A stretch of DNA of 64,000 bases from Naegleria gruberi (taxonomy: Eukaryota). Location of the stretch: the NCBI GenBank assembly GCA_000004985.1, contig GG738876.1; one strand, given 5' to 3'. Shown piece by piece: positions 45,486 to 55,995 of this stretch (position 1 is the first letter of the stretch; the number at the start of each line of letters is the position of its first letter). Both the position numbers and the translations under genes were made by a program. The notes beneath the pieces were generated by a model. It had not been told where the DNA came from and ran no database searches. It was given only the letters and a program-made list of their open reading frames with translations.

Positions 45486-46235
45486 ATGCCAACCCCATCC
45501 GTCGGTACAACTAGACACACCACACCTCAAAGACACCATGTCTCGAGATTATTGAATAATAATAAGAAACTGTTGGATCAAAGTCAAGGTGTTGGAGTTA
45601 AATCCAAAATTCCAACTGCAGAACTTGAAAATAGATTTTCAAAACTGACTCATTTACTTTATGATACGAACGTTAAATTCAAAGATTTGAATGAGCATGT
45701 TTATCCTTTGATTCATGAGGATATTACATTTACAGATCCTTGGCAAACCATCACTGGAAAATCTCAATTTGTGGCCCAATTGAAAGGTTTTCATAGTGCC
45801 ATATTCTTTACTTATGATACTTTACAATTATCAGTTCAAGTAAATGAGAATGAAGAAAGTGGAAGGGTTATTGTTGATGGTTGGATGTATTTGAATCAAG
45901 TCAAGTACATTACAGGAACAATTCCATTGAGAACTGTACTGGTTTATGATTTTGTTTTCAATGGAGATGGTGACACTTTTCTCATCACTGATTTGGAAGA
46001 AATGTGGAGTTTGGGCGATTTAATTGAAAAAATTCCAATCATTGGATGGTTTTACAATTTATTTAGATTTGGTGCTGGATTTTTCTTTACCATCTTCTTC
46101 CTTATTTGCACTTTTATTGCACTACGTTTACCCTTTTCAAATGTGAGTGGTCAACCAAGTGGTAAGAATACTTCTAGTGGTGGCAAGAAGAGTTCCATTT
46201 GTAGCTCGTTGAATCCTCTCAATTTTGCAAAATAA
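45486..46235 (+). CDS. Hypothetical protein with a possible NTF2/SnoaL-like fold and a C-terminal TM
   Basis: A 249-aa ORF. The C-terminal hydrophobic segment is GFFFTIFFLICTFIALRL. Confidence 0.3.
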   Translation: MPTPSVGTTRHTTPQRHHVSRLLNNNKKLLDQSQGVGVKSKIPTAELENRFSKLTHLLYDTNVKFKDLNEHVYPLIHEDITFTDPWQTITGKSQFVAQLKGFHSAIFFTYDTLQLSVQVNENEESGRVIVDGWMYLNQVKYITGTIPLRTVLVYDFVFNGDGDTFLITDLEEMWSLGDLIEKIPIIGWFYNLFRFGAGFFFTIFFLICTFIALRLPFSNVSGQPSGKNTSSGGKKSSICSSLNPLNFAK

Positions 46236-46451
46236 ATAGTTGTGATAATAGTATTGAATCTTATGATTAGTTTCCAAATTTATTAAAAACACCTTTCGTA
46301 GCGAAAATCACCACTCAGCACATGTGGTGATTCCACCAAAAAACAAACTTAAAGTCTTTTTATAGAACTCAAACTAAATTACTAAAAATGATTTCAAAAC
46401 ATTTGGCATCCGTTAAAATATGCCCTATTAACAATCACCAAAAAAAAAGAG

Positions 46452-48209
46452 ATGAGTGCTACAACTACTCCCACAACTACTGCAGTGGCTAATAACAGTT
46501 CAAATTCTGCTACTTCACCAACAGTAGCTGTCAAGAGCACTAATGGTTCGAATACATCATCAAATAATGCCAATAATTCAGCTTCGGATTATTATGTATC
46601 ATCAAAGAAGGGACTGGCAAATAATAGGGTGGAATCATCTAGTAGTGGAGAAAGATGGAATTCAATAGAGTTGAGTGATGTTGCTGCTAGTGGCAATACT
46701 TCAACTATTCCAGCATCGTTATCGATGGAAAATGAGCAACACAGTGATGATCATCATAGTGACAGTACAATAGAACCTCATCCACTTGATGCACATACTC
46801 ATACTATTGGAAACTATGCACAATTGGATCAGGAAAGTTCAAAACCGAAACTTGCAAGAAATCCATACATTTCACTTCTATTTCATAATAAGAGATTTTT
46901 AATTATTTGGATGGCAGGTGTCTTGTCAGGAATGGGAAATTATTTTTCAGAAATTGGTATTGTTTATGAAGTGGAAGAACGTACAACTGTTGGATTTGTT
47001 ACGAGTGGTGTTTTTATTTCAATCTTTTTACCTTCATGTGTTGCTACTCCATTTGCTGGTGTAGTTTCTGATATTTTCGATAGACGAAAGGTCTTGATTG
47101 TGTGTAATTTTTTGAGAGCTATTTTGGCTTTCGTTTTGGTGGCTGGTCCATTCATTACCAATACGAATGCACTCTTTGGTTTTTACTATACTATACTTGC
47201 TATGATTTTCTTTATTAATGCATTTTACGATGCTTCGAGAGGATGCATGATGCCACTCTGTGTCGATCACAATGATTTGGTTGCATGTAATGCATTGGAT
47301 AGTTTGACATGGTTGTTTTGCTCGTATACAGGTGGTGCCATTGGTGGAGCTGTGAGAGTTGCATTTGGATTGATTACTTGTTATGTATTGAATGGCATCT
47401 TGTTTATTGGTGCCTTAATGTTGTCCATCTGGTTGTTGTGGTTCCCTGATTTGAATCCACCGAAACCAGCCGACTTCCCAACTAAACCAATACCAATGAT
47501 GAAACACTCTCTGAAGGAATTAATTGCTGGATTCAAATTATTATTCAGTGGAAAGGGTTACTTGTTGAGTTTTGTTGTTATGAAATTATTGGGATCATCA
47601 GTTTGGGCCAGTATTGAATTTATCAATGTCAAATTATCGGAACTTCCAATGTTGAGCTTATTCAACAATGGTGAGCAAGGTATTCAAATGACCAACACTA
47701 TTGCCTACTGCTTGTTTGGTATTGGTTCAGGTTTAGCACCAATGCTTTTCGAATTATTCTTTGGAAATAGAATTAGAAGATCATTGAGGAGTGCATTCTG
47801 GACTCGTGTTGTAATTTTGGCTTCATTCTTTGCAATTTCTATGGGTTTCTTATTAATGTGCTTTACCTATCATGCCTCAATGTTCATTATTGCCAATTGT
47901 ATTCTTGGCTCAGCAGGAGGTGTCATGTGGGTTTACTCAATGTCAGCAATCGAACATTTAACGCCTAATCATTATTTGGGAAGAATTACTGCCTTTGATA
48001 TTTGTTTTGGATTTGGATTGGGACAAGCCATTGGTGTCATGATTCCTTCTCCATTACTCTATGATATTATAGGTATTAAGGTTCCTCACATCTTTGCCAT
48101 TGTCATGTTTGTTCTCTCTTGGATGTTGTTCTGTTTAACAATTGTCTGGTTCTATTTTACAAGAAAGATTCACCAACATTTTGTTGTGCATGATGATGAT
48201 CACCACTAG
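46452..48209 (+). CDS. MFS-like polytopic transporter
   Basis: About 12 predicted TM helices follow an S/N-rich N-terminal tail. The protein is paralogous to the partial ORF at 63650-63991. Confidence 0.5.
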   Translation: MSATTTPTTTAVANNSSNSATSPTVAVKSTNGSNTSSNNANNSASDYYVSSKKGLANNRVESSSSGERWNSIELSDVAASGNTSTIPASLSMENEQHSDDHHSDSTIEPHPLDAHTHTIGNYAQLDQESSKPKLARNPYISLLFHNKRFLIIWMAGVLSGMGNYFSEIGIVYEVEERTTVGFVTSGVFISIFLPSCVATPFAGVVSDIFDRRKVLIVCNFLRAILAFVLVAGPFITNTNALFGFYYTILAMIFFINAFYDASRGCMMPLCVDHNDLVACNALDSLTWLFCSYTGGAIGGAVRVAFGLITCYVLNGILFIGALMLSIWLLWFPDLNPPKPADFPTKPIPMMKHSLKELIAGFKLLFSGKGYLLSFVVMKLLGSSVWASIEFINVKLSELPMLSLFNNGEQGIQMTNTIAYCLFGIGSGLAPMLFELFFGNRIRRSLRSAFWTRVVILASFFAISMGFLLMCFTYHASMFIIANCILGSAGGVMWVYSMSAIEHLTPNHYLGRITAFDICFGFGLGQAIGVMIPSPLLYDIIGIKVPHIFAIVMFVLSWMLFCLTIVWFYFTRKIHQHFVVHDDDHH

Positions 48210-48915
48210 AGAGTTAGTTAACATTTTGTAAATAAATTCTTGAATCGACATTTTACGGAAATCATAATTGAGTACAGAGAAATTTTCCTTTCACCCTACC
48301 CAGCCCTGAATCAATGTAAATCTTTCCAATTGTTTAAAACAGTAAACAAATAGCATTGTTGTAATGGTGTCGCCATCTTCCCCGAATATAATACTTTACA
48401 ATTCAGTTTTGGAGAGCATTGCACAAAAACCATCCAACTTTTCACCTGTATTCCATCCACATCAATACCTCGAATCAAAACGTCTTTTTAGATTCTTTCC
48501 TTTCAGTGCATTCCATCATGTCAACCATCCAACATTCTTAAAGAAAAACACAAAAAAACAACAACACTATCACAATCCCATTGTGTTATAATAACATCAT
48601 CAGCTTCGTGTTCTGCTCAGAGTCGTGGTTATTATTTTGCTCTGCATTTCATAGTTCCACTCTAATTAGTTGTGCAGGTGTACTATTCCCTTTTTCTACT
48701 CCGCTTCCTGTTGTAATTTTGTTGTTTCCAAGAGGAGCGAGAGGTTCTTTACCATTTATTCAACTCCAACATCACATCTATTTGGAACCACATACAGATT
48801 TAAAAAATAGAACACTGTATTGTGTTGGATTTGGTATCTTCATCATCATTTCTTAATAGTTCATCAACACAAAACAAATTTCTTTATCTGTACTTCTATT
48901 AAAATTCATTAAGAA

Positions 48916-51339
48916 ATGAGTCAGACATTAGCATCAACCATCTATCACAACAATACCATCGGTCTGCTTAACTATACCGATTCACAGACATTGCTGACGG
49001 AATTTGTTCGATTCAGTGCTTTTAAATTATATGGTAATGTCTTTCATTATACCTACGTAGATGATCACTTCTATTCGGTAGGCTTCATTCTCGGCATGAT
49101 ATCATTGGGAATTTTTATCGTCTTTGTGTTACCTTGCCAATTGGCTGTAAATATTCTGTATGGAATTCGGGCGCGAAAAATATTGAAAAAAAACAGAAAC
49201 AACTCATCGATAGAGACTCCACCCTCATCGGCTTCCTCTGGTGATGCTAGTGTAAATAAGGAAGAAAAGAAGAATAATACTGATAAATATACCTTTAGAG
49301 AAACACTGAAGAAAGCATGGTATGAATATGTTTTACTTGAGGGTGTGGCGAGGGCTACTCCTTCCTTTGTGATGGTCGTTTTTATTTGCTTAGTGATTTG
49401 GTTAACGAGTGCCTTTTCAAAGATACATTTTGCTGGAGCTGCAGTCTTGATGGCAATTACAATGACAATGTGGTTGATTCAGTGGGTATTGTTTGATTTA
49501 GGAACATTTACGTATGAAGTACTGAGGAGTTTTTCAACAAGATTTGGAAAGAGCAAAACATCGGAAGTAACTAAGGATCAAGAATTGAAAAATGTAGATG
49601 TGACAACATCAACCACATCAACCATGAATATTAATCAGAGCACAACAGCAATTGTTCCACCTTCGAATGATAGTTCATCTCATCATCATCACTCTGAACA
49701 TCGTTTCGGTGGATTAGTTAAGGATATTTCATTTGGATATGTTAAATCTTTGGCCAATCCTCTATTTAGAAGACATCCCTTATTAGGTGTACTTATAGTA
49801 TTCATCTTCTTCTTTGTTACTTTTCTGATATTTTTGGTTGTCAATGGTGTAACAGCAGACTTTTGTGTTGCCTACGATCCGATTGAAATCAGTACACTGG
49901 CCACTAGAGCTGGTGATTCTACTAGGTGTAAATCGGGCACTATCTGTTTTACTTACATGACGATTTCAGCAGATATTTCATCGGAAATGATTGTCAATTT
50001 TCAAATAGATGCAAAACAGCTCAACAGCTCTTTTGTTTATTATGGAACATTTGACCCTAATGCCGAGTTTCAATTCGATTCTAAGACAGCCTTAAAGGCT
50101 AATGCAAATTGCTTCAAAATGACTGTCATTGAAATTGATAGATGGCAATGTTATGTTAATTTGAGAGGATTGCAGTCTTCATCATCCTACTATGTCAAGA
50201 GTGCATTTACAGGAAAAGATTATACTGCCACTAGTGTCACTTTTGAGGATAGCAATGTATACAAGTTTAGAACAGCACCAAGTGCCTCTTCTCCTGATAG
50301 AATTGTTTCCTTCTTGAATGGAGGTGATTTAGCTTGGGGAACCAATTTCTTGTCCTTAGTTAAACTGATTCCTCCAACAGGAAAGAACATTTCAACAGCT
50401 CCCTATTTCTTTATGGTGGGTGGCGATGTTGCATACGATAATGGATGTGCCTACTGTTATATGAGATGGGAGAGTTGGTTCTCAAATTGGGCCAAATATA
50501 TGGTCGTTCCTCTTCAACACACCTCCTCAGTGTCACACACCTATACTCTGCCTCTAGCCTCTTGCGTTGGTAATCATGAGGCTGGAAATTTCAAAAGACC
50601 AAGATCTGACGATGCCTTCTATATCAGATATTTCCCTCATGAATTGGAGGGAGATTCTTCTAATTTGATTGTTTCTGACCCTCAATATACCAGAAAGTTA
50701 CAACACGTCCACTATCTCTCTTCCCACACATTGCTAATGGTGTTGGACTCTTGGGTTCACGAATCTCCAGAGCAACAAGTCTCATACATTGTCAATTACT
50801 TCAATGCTTTAGATCCATCAAAGTACAAGAACAGAATGGTTACGATTCACGAGGGAATTTATGCCTCCTCTTCTGAATTGAGCCCAATGACTGCAGCAAT
50901 GAGAGAACAATGGGAGGCCCTCTTCTTGAAGTATAACATTACACTAGTCTTGGAGAATCACGTTCACACCTACAAGCAAACCTATCCTCTCAGATTTGGT
51001 AAGGTGATGGATACTAAGGCTGATCCTTTAAATTCAAGAGCTGGAGCCGATAATGATTATTATTATGAAAGAAATATTTATAATGGATTAGGAAAGGAAG
51101 AAGAAAAGGGAATTATCTATGTTGGAGATGGAAGCTTGGGTGCACATTTTTATGGTGACAAGCTCTTGTTTGGAGATCCAATGTTCAGACAATTAGGAAT
51201 AATAACTCATTTCCACCATATCATTACTCATGATACAAATAGCGTTCCAACTATTGAGTTGACAGCTTATGGATATGATTCATCAACCGGAGACTCTTAC
51301 AGAGTTAGTGGTTCTGGTTTGACAATTAAAACTTTCTAA
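48916..51339 (+). CDS. Purple-acid-phosphatase-like metallophosphoesterase fused to an N-terminal polytopic membrane domain
   Basis: Metallophosphatase motifs are present: GGDVAYDNG (GDxxY), SCVGNHEAG (GNHE) and LVLENHVHTYKQ (GHxH-type). At least four N-terminal TM helices occur in the first 300 aa. Confidence 0.55.
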   Translation: MSQTLASTIYHNNTIGLLNYTDSQTLLTEFVRFSAFKLYGNVFHYTYVDDHFYSVGFILGMISLGIFIVFVLPCQLAVNILYGIRARKILKKNRNNSSIETPPSSASSGDASVNKEEKKNNTDKYTFRETLKKAWYEYVLLEGVARATPSFVMVVFICLVIWLTSAFSKIHFAGAAVLMAITMTMWLIQWVLFDLGTFTYEVLRSFSTRFGKSKTSEVTKDQELKNVDVTTSTTSTMNINQSTTAIVPPSNDSSSHHHHSEHRFGGLVKDISFGYVKSLANPLFRRHPLLGVLIVFIFFFVTFLIFLVVNGVTADFCVAYDPIEISTLATRAGDSTRCKSGTICFTYMTISADISSEMIVNFQIDAKQLNSSFVYYGTFDPNAEFQFDSKTALKANANCFKMTVIEIDRWQCYVNLRGLQSSSSYYVKSAFTGKDYTATSVTFEDSNVYKFRTAPSASSPDRIVSFLNGGDLAWGTNFLSLVKLIPPTGKNISTAPYFFMVGGDVAYDNGCAYCYMRWESWFSNWAKYMVVPLQHTSSVSHTYTLPLASCVGNHEAGNFKRPRSDDAFYIRYFPHELEGDSSNLIVSDPQYTRKLQHVHYLSSHTLLMVLDSWVHESPEQQVSYIVNYFNALDPSKYKNRMVTIHEGIYASSSELSPMTAAMREQWEALFLKYNITLVLENHVHTYKQTYPLRFGKVMDTKADPLNSRAGADNDYYYERNIYNGLGKEEEKGIIYVGDGSLGAHFYGDKLLFGDPMFRQLGIITHFHHIITHDTNSVPTIELTAYGYDSSTGDSYRVSGSGLTIKTF

Positions 51340-51506
51340 TATTTTTACTTAACACCCAATGAATTTGAGGAATTGCTCTATTAAATTGATTTTTCAGAAT
51401 GATCTCCGTAGTTAACTTATCTTTTTGTTCGCTTGAATTATTAATGATTTTATTTGAAAATTACCACTATTCAATATTTTCATGCTATTTAATTATATTT
51501 TAAATT

Positions 51507-53372
51507 CTAATGATTAATCTTGTCACCTTTAACGTTATCTTTGAGATCACTTCTTGGTTTGAGTGAAATCTTCAAATTTCCAGGTCTGACAGTAATTCCA
51601 GGAATGTCTGTAACTTTATCCAATGGATCTTGTTCATTATTCAATAGTTCCAATTCGTAGAATTGTAAAATTCTACACAAGATTGAAAATGCTTCAATTT
51701 CTGCAAATTTATAACCCTATTAAATTTCAATAAAAATATTCTAAACTAAACTTACAATCTATTTCAATAAATTAGGACAAATAGTTTTAAAATTCGAATA
51801 CTTACACACTTTCTATTTCCCATAGAGAATGGAACCCATGTAAAATCATGTTGAATCTTTGATTGTTCCTCAGCATTCATTGGAAACCTTTCTGGAATAA
51901 ACTCATTAGGTTTCTCCCAATATTTTTCATTTCTATTCGTACTGAAAATATTAATCATCACTGTACTTCCCTTTGGAATAGTAAACTCTCCAATAGTAGT
52001 CGTTTTCTTTGCAATTCTAAAAACATTGACAACTGGTGGATGCAATCTCAAAGCTTCCATCACAATTGCATTCAAATAATGCATTTGATTGTAATCTTCA
52101 TAGGTAGGAGCTCTATTTCCAATCAATCTATCAATTTCTTCTCTTGCTTTCTTTTGAATTTCAGGTCTTTTTGCTAGCTCATAACAAACATAGGCAGAAC
52201 TTGAAGCTGTCGTCTATAGTTTCGTATATAATATGAATTGATGAATAATAGAAAGTCCAATAAATACGAACCTCATGTCTATTATAATAAATTAGGACAA
52301 ATAGTTTTAAAATTCGAATACAAACCCTGCAAGCGCGAAGATAAATGAATCTGCTTTGAGTTCAGAACGTGAAAGTAAGCCATTTTGAAGAACGTTGGCC
52401 TCTACTAACATACTCAATAAATCTCTTCTCTTATTAGATTCAGTTTCGTCTGTAGTTTGGAGATTAGTTTCGTATTCTTTGATACGTTCTTCAATGATTC
52501 GATCTAAAGTAGAAGAAACAATTTCCTCTGCTTCATTGACTTTAAAGTATTTTCTAGCCATTTTGGCAAAAATTGAACTTCCCAGGAATCGTCTAATAAT
52601 CAAACCTTTGGATAAAGTAGTTTCCATTGATTTTCTAAATACTTTTCCTTCAGGATTTGGATTATCACTTTCGAATATAGAAAAGTCCAATCCAAATAAA
52701 TGCTGCCTTTCCCAAAACATCTGTTCATTCCATTAATTTAATCACACAATTCCATTATAAATTTAAATTCGAAACTATAAACTCACCCAAAGTAATATCA
52801 CTAAAATCAGCAGTCGAATCAATCAACACACCAGCACCAACACTTCCACTCTTAATTTCCTTATCCCATTTCGTTCTTCTCATCAAATCAACACTCTCAC
52901 TCGCAACCAAAGCAACAAATTCCAAATTTTTAGGTGAAAATGCAGAATTTGCAACTCTGTGATGATTTTTCCAAGTTTCAGAGTTTGCATCCAAAGCAGA
53001 CAAAATATTAACTCCAAAAAGGTTGAATGGATCGTACATATCAGGTTCCTTGACAAAGTTGTGTCCTTTGGCTACGAGCAGTTCTTTGAGAAGATCACGA
53101 TCACAAATGGAGATGAGATTAGTTTTGAGCATTGAGACACGAACTGTTTTGGTTTTGGAATCTCCCTTCTCTTGGGTGAGTTGATACATGGAATGATGAG
53201 AGCCAAGGAAGAAGTGAGAGGCAATGATTGGAACTCTCTTGACAAAATTCATTAATTGCCATGATCCTGGAATGTTTTTGACTTTCGAATAGTTTTGATA
53301 GAGACGAAAGGATAAACTGATCAGTGCAGTTAGCAAGATGGCTAATAGCGTGTACGCAACAAGTGCAAACAT
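51507..53372 (-). CDS. Cytochrome P450, multi-exon gene, possibly a pseudogene because of a 4-nt frameshift near 52694-52701
   Basis: The heme-binding loop is PFSMGNRKC|I|GYKFAEIEAF. The ExxR motif is EALRLHP. The I-helix is FALAG|HE|TTASS. The DVLGKAAFG-like motif is present. Intron 1 at 52720-52786 has a GTGAGT donor. Two 47-nt near-identical introns lie beside micro-exons. The final exon was recovered by reading the reverse complement of 51507-51745. Confidence 0.6.
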
Positions 53373-53542
53373 TTTTTTTAGTATGAGAAAGCAAGTGGAT
53401 GATCAATTCGTTCTGACATGATTGCTGCACTTTCATGAGAAGTTGGATCAATTCTCCGAAAGAAACCGAAAGGGTAAATTATTCACAATTTTGTACCATT
53501 TCATACCCTTTTGTAAACCTTCTACAAATTGCAATTAACACT

Positions 53543-54415
53543 TCATAAAAAACTATAATCTCTAAATAAACAATTCCCCTTAATTTTGACATCAACTGAC
53601 AGTAATTGTTCCAAATCACTCAAATATTCGAGTCCTTGAATACTAATCTCATTCTCACTTATATCGAGTTTAGTCAATTGTATCAATTTGTTAATGTGTT
53701 TACATCCCTCATCCCCAATATAATTACTGGCAATATTAAGGTTAGTTAATTGAGTCAATTTACCAATGTATTTGGTTCCCAAAGCAGTAATATTATTCTC
53801 AGAAATGTCAAGATATGTTAAATGCTTCAATTGACTGACTTGTTTAGCTCCCTCATCACCAATTTCATTCTGACTAATATCAAGTTTAGTCAATTGATTC
53901 ATCTCACCAATGTATATAGCACCTTCAACACCAATATTGTTGCAACCTATTTTAAGATTTTTCAATTTTTTCATAATTCCACTAATGATCTTTGCTCCTT
54001 CCACTCCAACATTATTATTTCTAATATTGAGATGAGTCAATCGATTCATCTCTTGCAACTTTTTACAATCAAATACCACATCAGAAGGAACATCAACATT
54101 GTATTCCAGCTTGAGACGTGTAATATTAGGTAAGAATTGGCTTCCAACTTGGAATTTTGAATTACTTTTACATGAAAGGGAAAGAGTTGATCGTTCGGAG
54201 GTGATGATTTTCAACCACTGCTTTGAAACCAATGAACAACTCAGCACGAGAAAGGTAAAATCTCGAGGGAGAAAGGATAAGATTTCACCCAGTACATCAT
54301 CAGAGAATATAGAATCAGGATCTTGTGAGAGTTTCTTCCGTTTTGTTTGGTCGTCTTTAATGTTTGAAATATGGTAAGATTGGTGATCATCAAATTCTCT
54401 TACTCTCTTTATCAT
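53543..54415 (-). CDS. F-box and RNI-type LRR protein
   Basis: F-box DVLGEILSFLPRDFTFLVLSCSLVSKQWLKII is present. LRRs are of the form LTKLDISQNEIGDEGAKQVSQLKHLTYLDISENNI. Confidence 0.55.
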   Translation of the reverse strand: MIKRVREFDDHQSYHISNIKDDQTKRKKLSQDPDSIFSDDVLGEILSFLPRDFTFLVLSCSLVSKQWLKIITSERSTLSLSCKSNSKFQVGSQFLPNITRLKLEYNVDVPSDVVFDCKKLQEMNRLTHLNIRNNNVGVEGAKIISGIMKKLKNLKIGCNNIGVEGAIYIGEMNQLTKLDISQNEIGDEGAKQVSQLKHLTYLDISENNITALGTKYIGKLTQLTNLNIASNYIGDEGCKHINKLIQLTKLDISENEISIQGLEYLSDLEQLLSVDVKIKGNCLFRDYSFL

Positions 54416-54592
54416 TTTTTTTAAATAAACTTGAAATTGAGAGAGTATTACAATTCACTCACTACTTCTTGCCAACTTTCTAAATTCTTCTCATATTCAT
54501 TATCATGAAGGCTTTGAAATTAAATTCAACAAATCTTCATCATCAAAGGCTTCATCAAAAAATTTGACAAATAAAATATTAGGAAGAACAAT

Positions 54593-55753
54593 ATGAGCGA
54601 TTTCAAAAGTATCAAGAATAAACTCTCATCCCTGAGAGCCAAGATTAAATCGGAAAGCACTGCTACAACTACCACTAGTACTTCATCAGCCACAACAAAA
54701 ACAACACCATCACCTGTTGCTGCTGCTACAAGTACTGAAAAGAAGATAAAGGCTACTGAACCTGTTGCCACACCATCAACAACAACTCCAGCAACAACCA
54801 AAACTGAACAAGCAACATCAGCTACAACAACAACAACACCAGCAGCTGATAAGAAGAAGAATAACAACAAGAAGGCTAAACAACAAAAGCCAAAGGCTAA
54901 TAAGAAGGCTGCTTCAACAACAACTCCATCCGAGGATAAGAAGGCTACTGAATCTGTCACTACCACACCAACAACAAATTCAGAAGAATCATCATCCACA
55001 ACAACAACAGAAAAGCCAAAGCCTGCTATTAAAAAGTCATCAGCCAAACAAAACAAGGAAAAGAAACAAGGAGTGAAGAGAAAACAAGAAGATGGCTCTG
55101 AAGAATCATCAGAAACAAAGGAAGCAAAGAAGACTGATAAGAAGAAGAATAAGAATAAGAAATCAAAGAAGGCTATCAAGGCTGCAATTAAAACTTTTGT
55201 CTTGAAATTGGAAATTGATAATACCTTAATTAATGAAGAGAAGATTAAGGAATGCTTCCCTGAACAAAATGCAATTATTAGAATGGGACCTAGAATGATT
55301 CTGATTCAATTCCCTACTGAAGAAGTTGCATTGAAATATTTAACATCTGCAAGTGGACAAGTTGAAAAGAATAATAGAACTGTGATTAATGGAGAAAAAT
55401 TCAAGATTACCAAACATACTGTTAAGGAAATTTTCAATCCTCGTTGGTATGATGTTAAACCACGTGTTACTGAAGGTGTTTCACTTGGTTTGGAACCAGG
55501 TCAAAAAGTCAATGGAAAGTTTGGAGCATATTTGGAATTGCATTTGAAGGAAAAACTTGGAAATGATGTCAATACTTCAATTTCTGATATGGAAAAGGGA
55601 GTCACTGTTTTCTTTGATGATAAAACAACAGAACAAAAATTCAAATCAATGCTTCATAATGGTGAATTCAAGGTTCCAGCTGAATATATCAATGATAAAA
55701 AGAAGAAGGGTACTTCTTCTAAAGGACCAGCTAAGAAGAAGTTCAAGAAATAA
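54593..55753 (+). CDS. Highly charged K/T/A-rich protein with a C-terminal globular domain. It may be nucleolar or chromatin-associated.
   Basis: A 386-aa ORF. The antisense ORF at 54526-55179 is an artefact of low complexity. Confidence 0.4.
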   Translation: MSDFKSIKNKLSSLRAKIKSESTATTTTSTSSATTKTTPSPVAAATSTEKKIKATEPVATPSTTTPATTKTEQATSATTTTTPAADKKKNNNKKAKQQKPKANKKAASTTTPSEDKKATESVTTTPTTNSEESSSTTTTEKPKPAIKKSSAKQNKEKKQGVKRKQEDGSEESSETKEAKKTDKKKNKNKKSKKAIKAAIKTFVLKLEIDNTLINEEKIKECFPEQNAIIRMGPRMILIQFPTEEVALKYLTSASGQVEKNNRTVINGEKFKITKHTVKEIFNPRWYDVKPRVTEGVSLGLEPGQKVNGKFGAYLELHLKEKLGNDVNTSISDMEKGVTVFFDDKTTEQKFKSMLHNGEFKVPAEYINDKKKKGTSSKGPAKKKFKK

Positions 55754-55995
55754 ACAATTTGTGAATTGTTTATCAAAGATGTTGAGAGAAGGTTTGTTGA
55801 ACCAAGTCAGTTTTATTCTAATTACAAATAATCTCTGTACTTTCCAAAACAAACCATTTAGCACCTTTCAACATCAATGTCTACAATATGGATCTTGACA
55901 TGTCTAAGGTAGAAGACAAATTTCACACGTCAACATTGACAACAAATTCAAGAAACAAAGAGTAACTTGAAGAAAAAAAATTCCAGTCTCCAGTA

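Noticed and set aside
54526-55179. A 217-aa ORF antisense to the K/T-rich gene
   Set aside because: It is composed of V/A/F runs that mirror the sense-strand low-complexity codons (GTT/GCT versus AAC/AGC). This is a typical antisense artefact.
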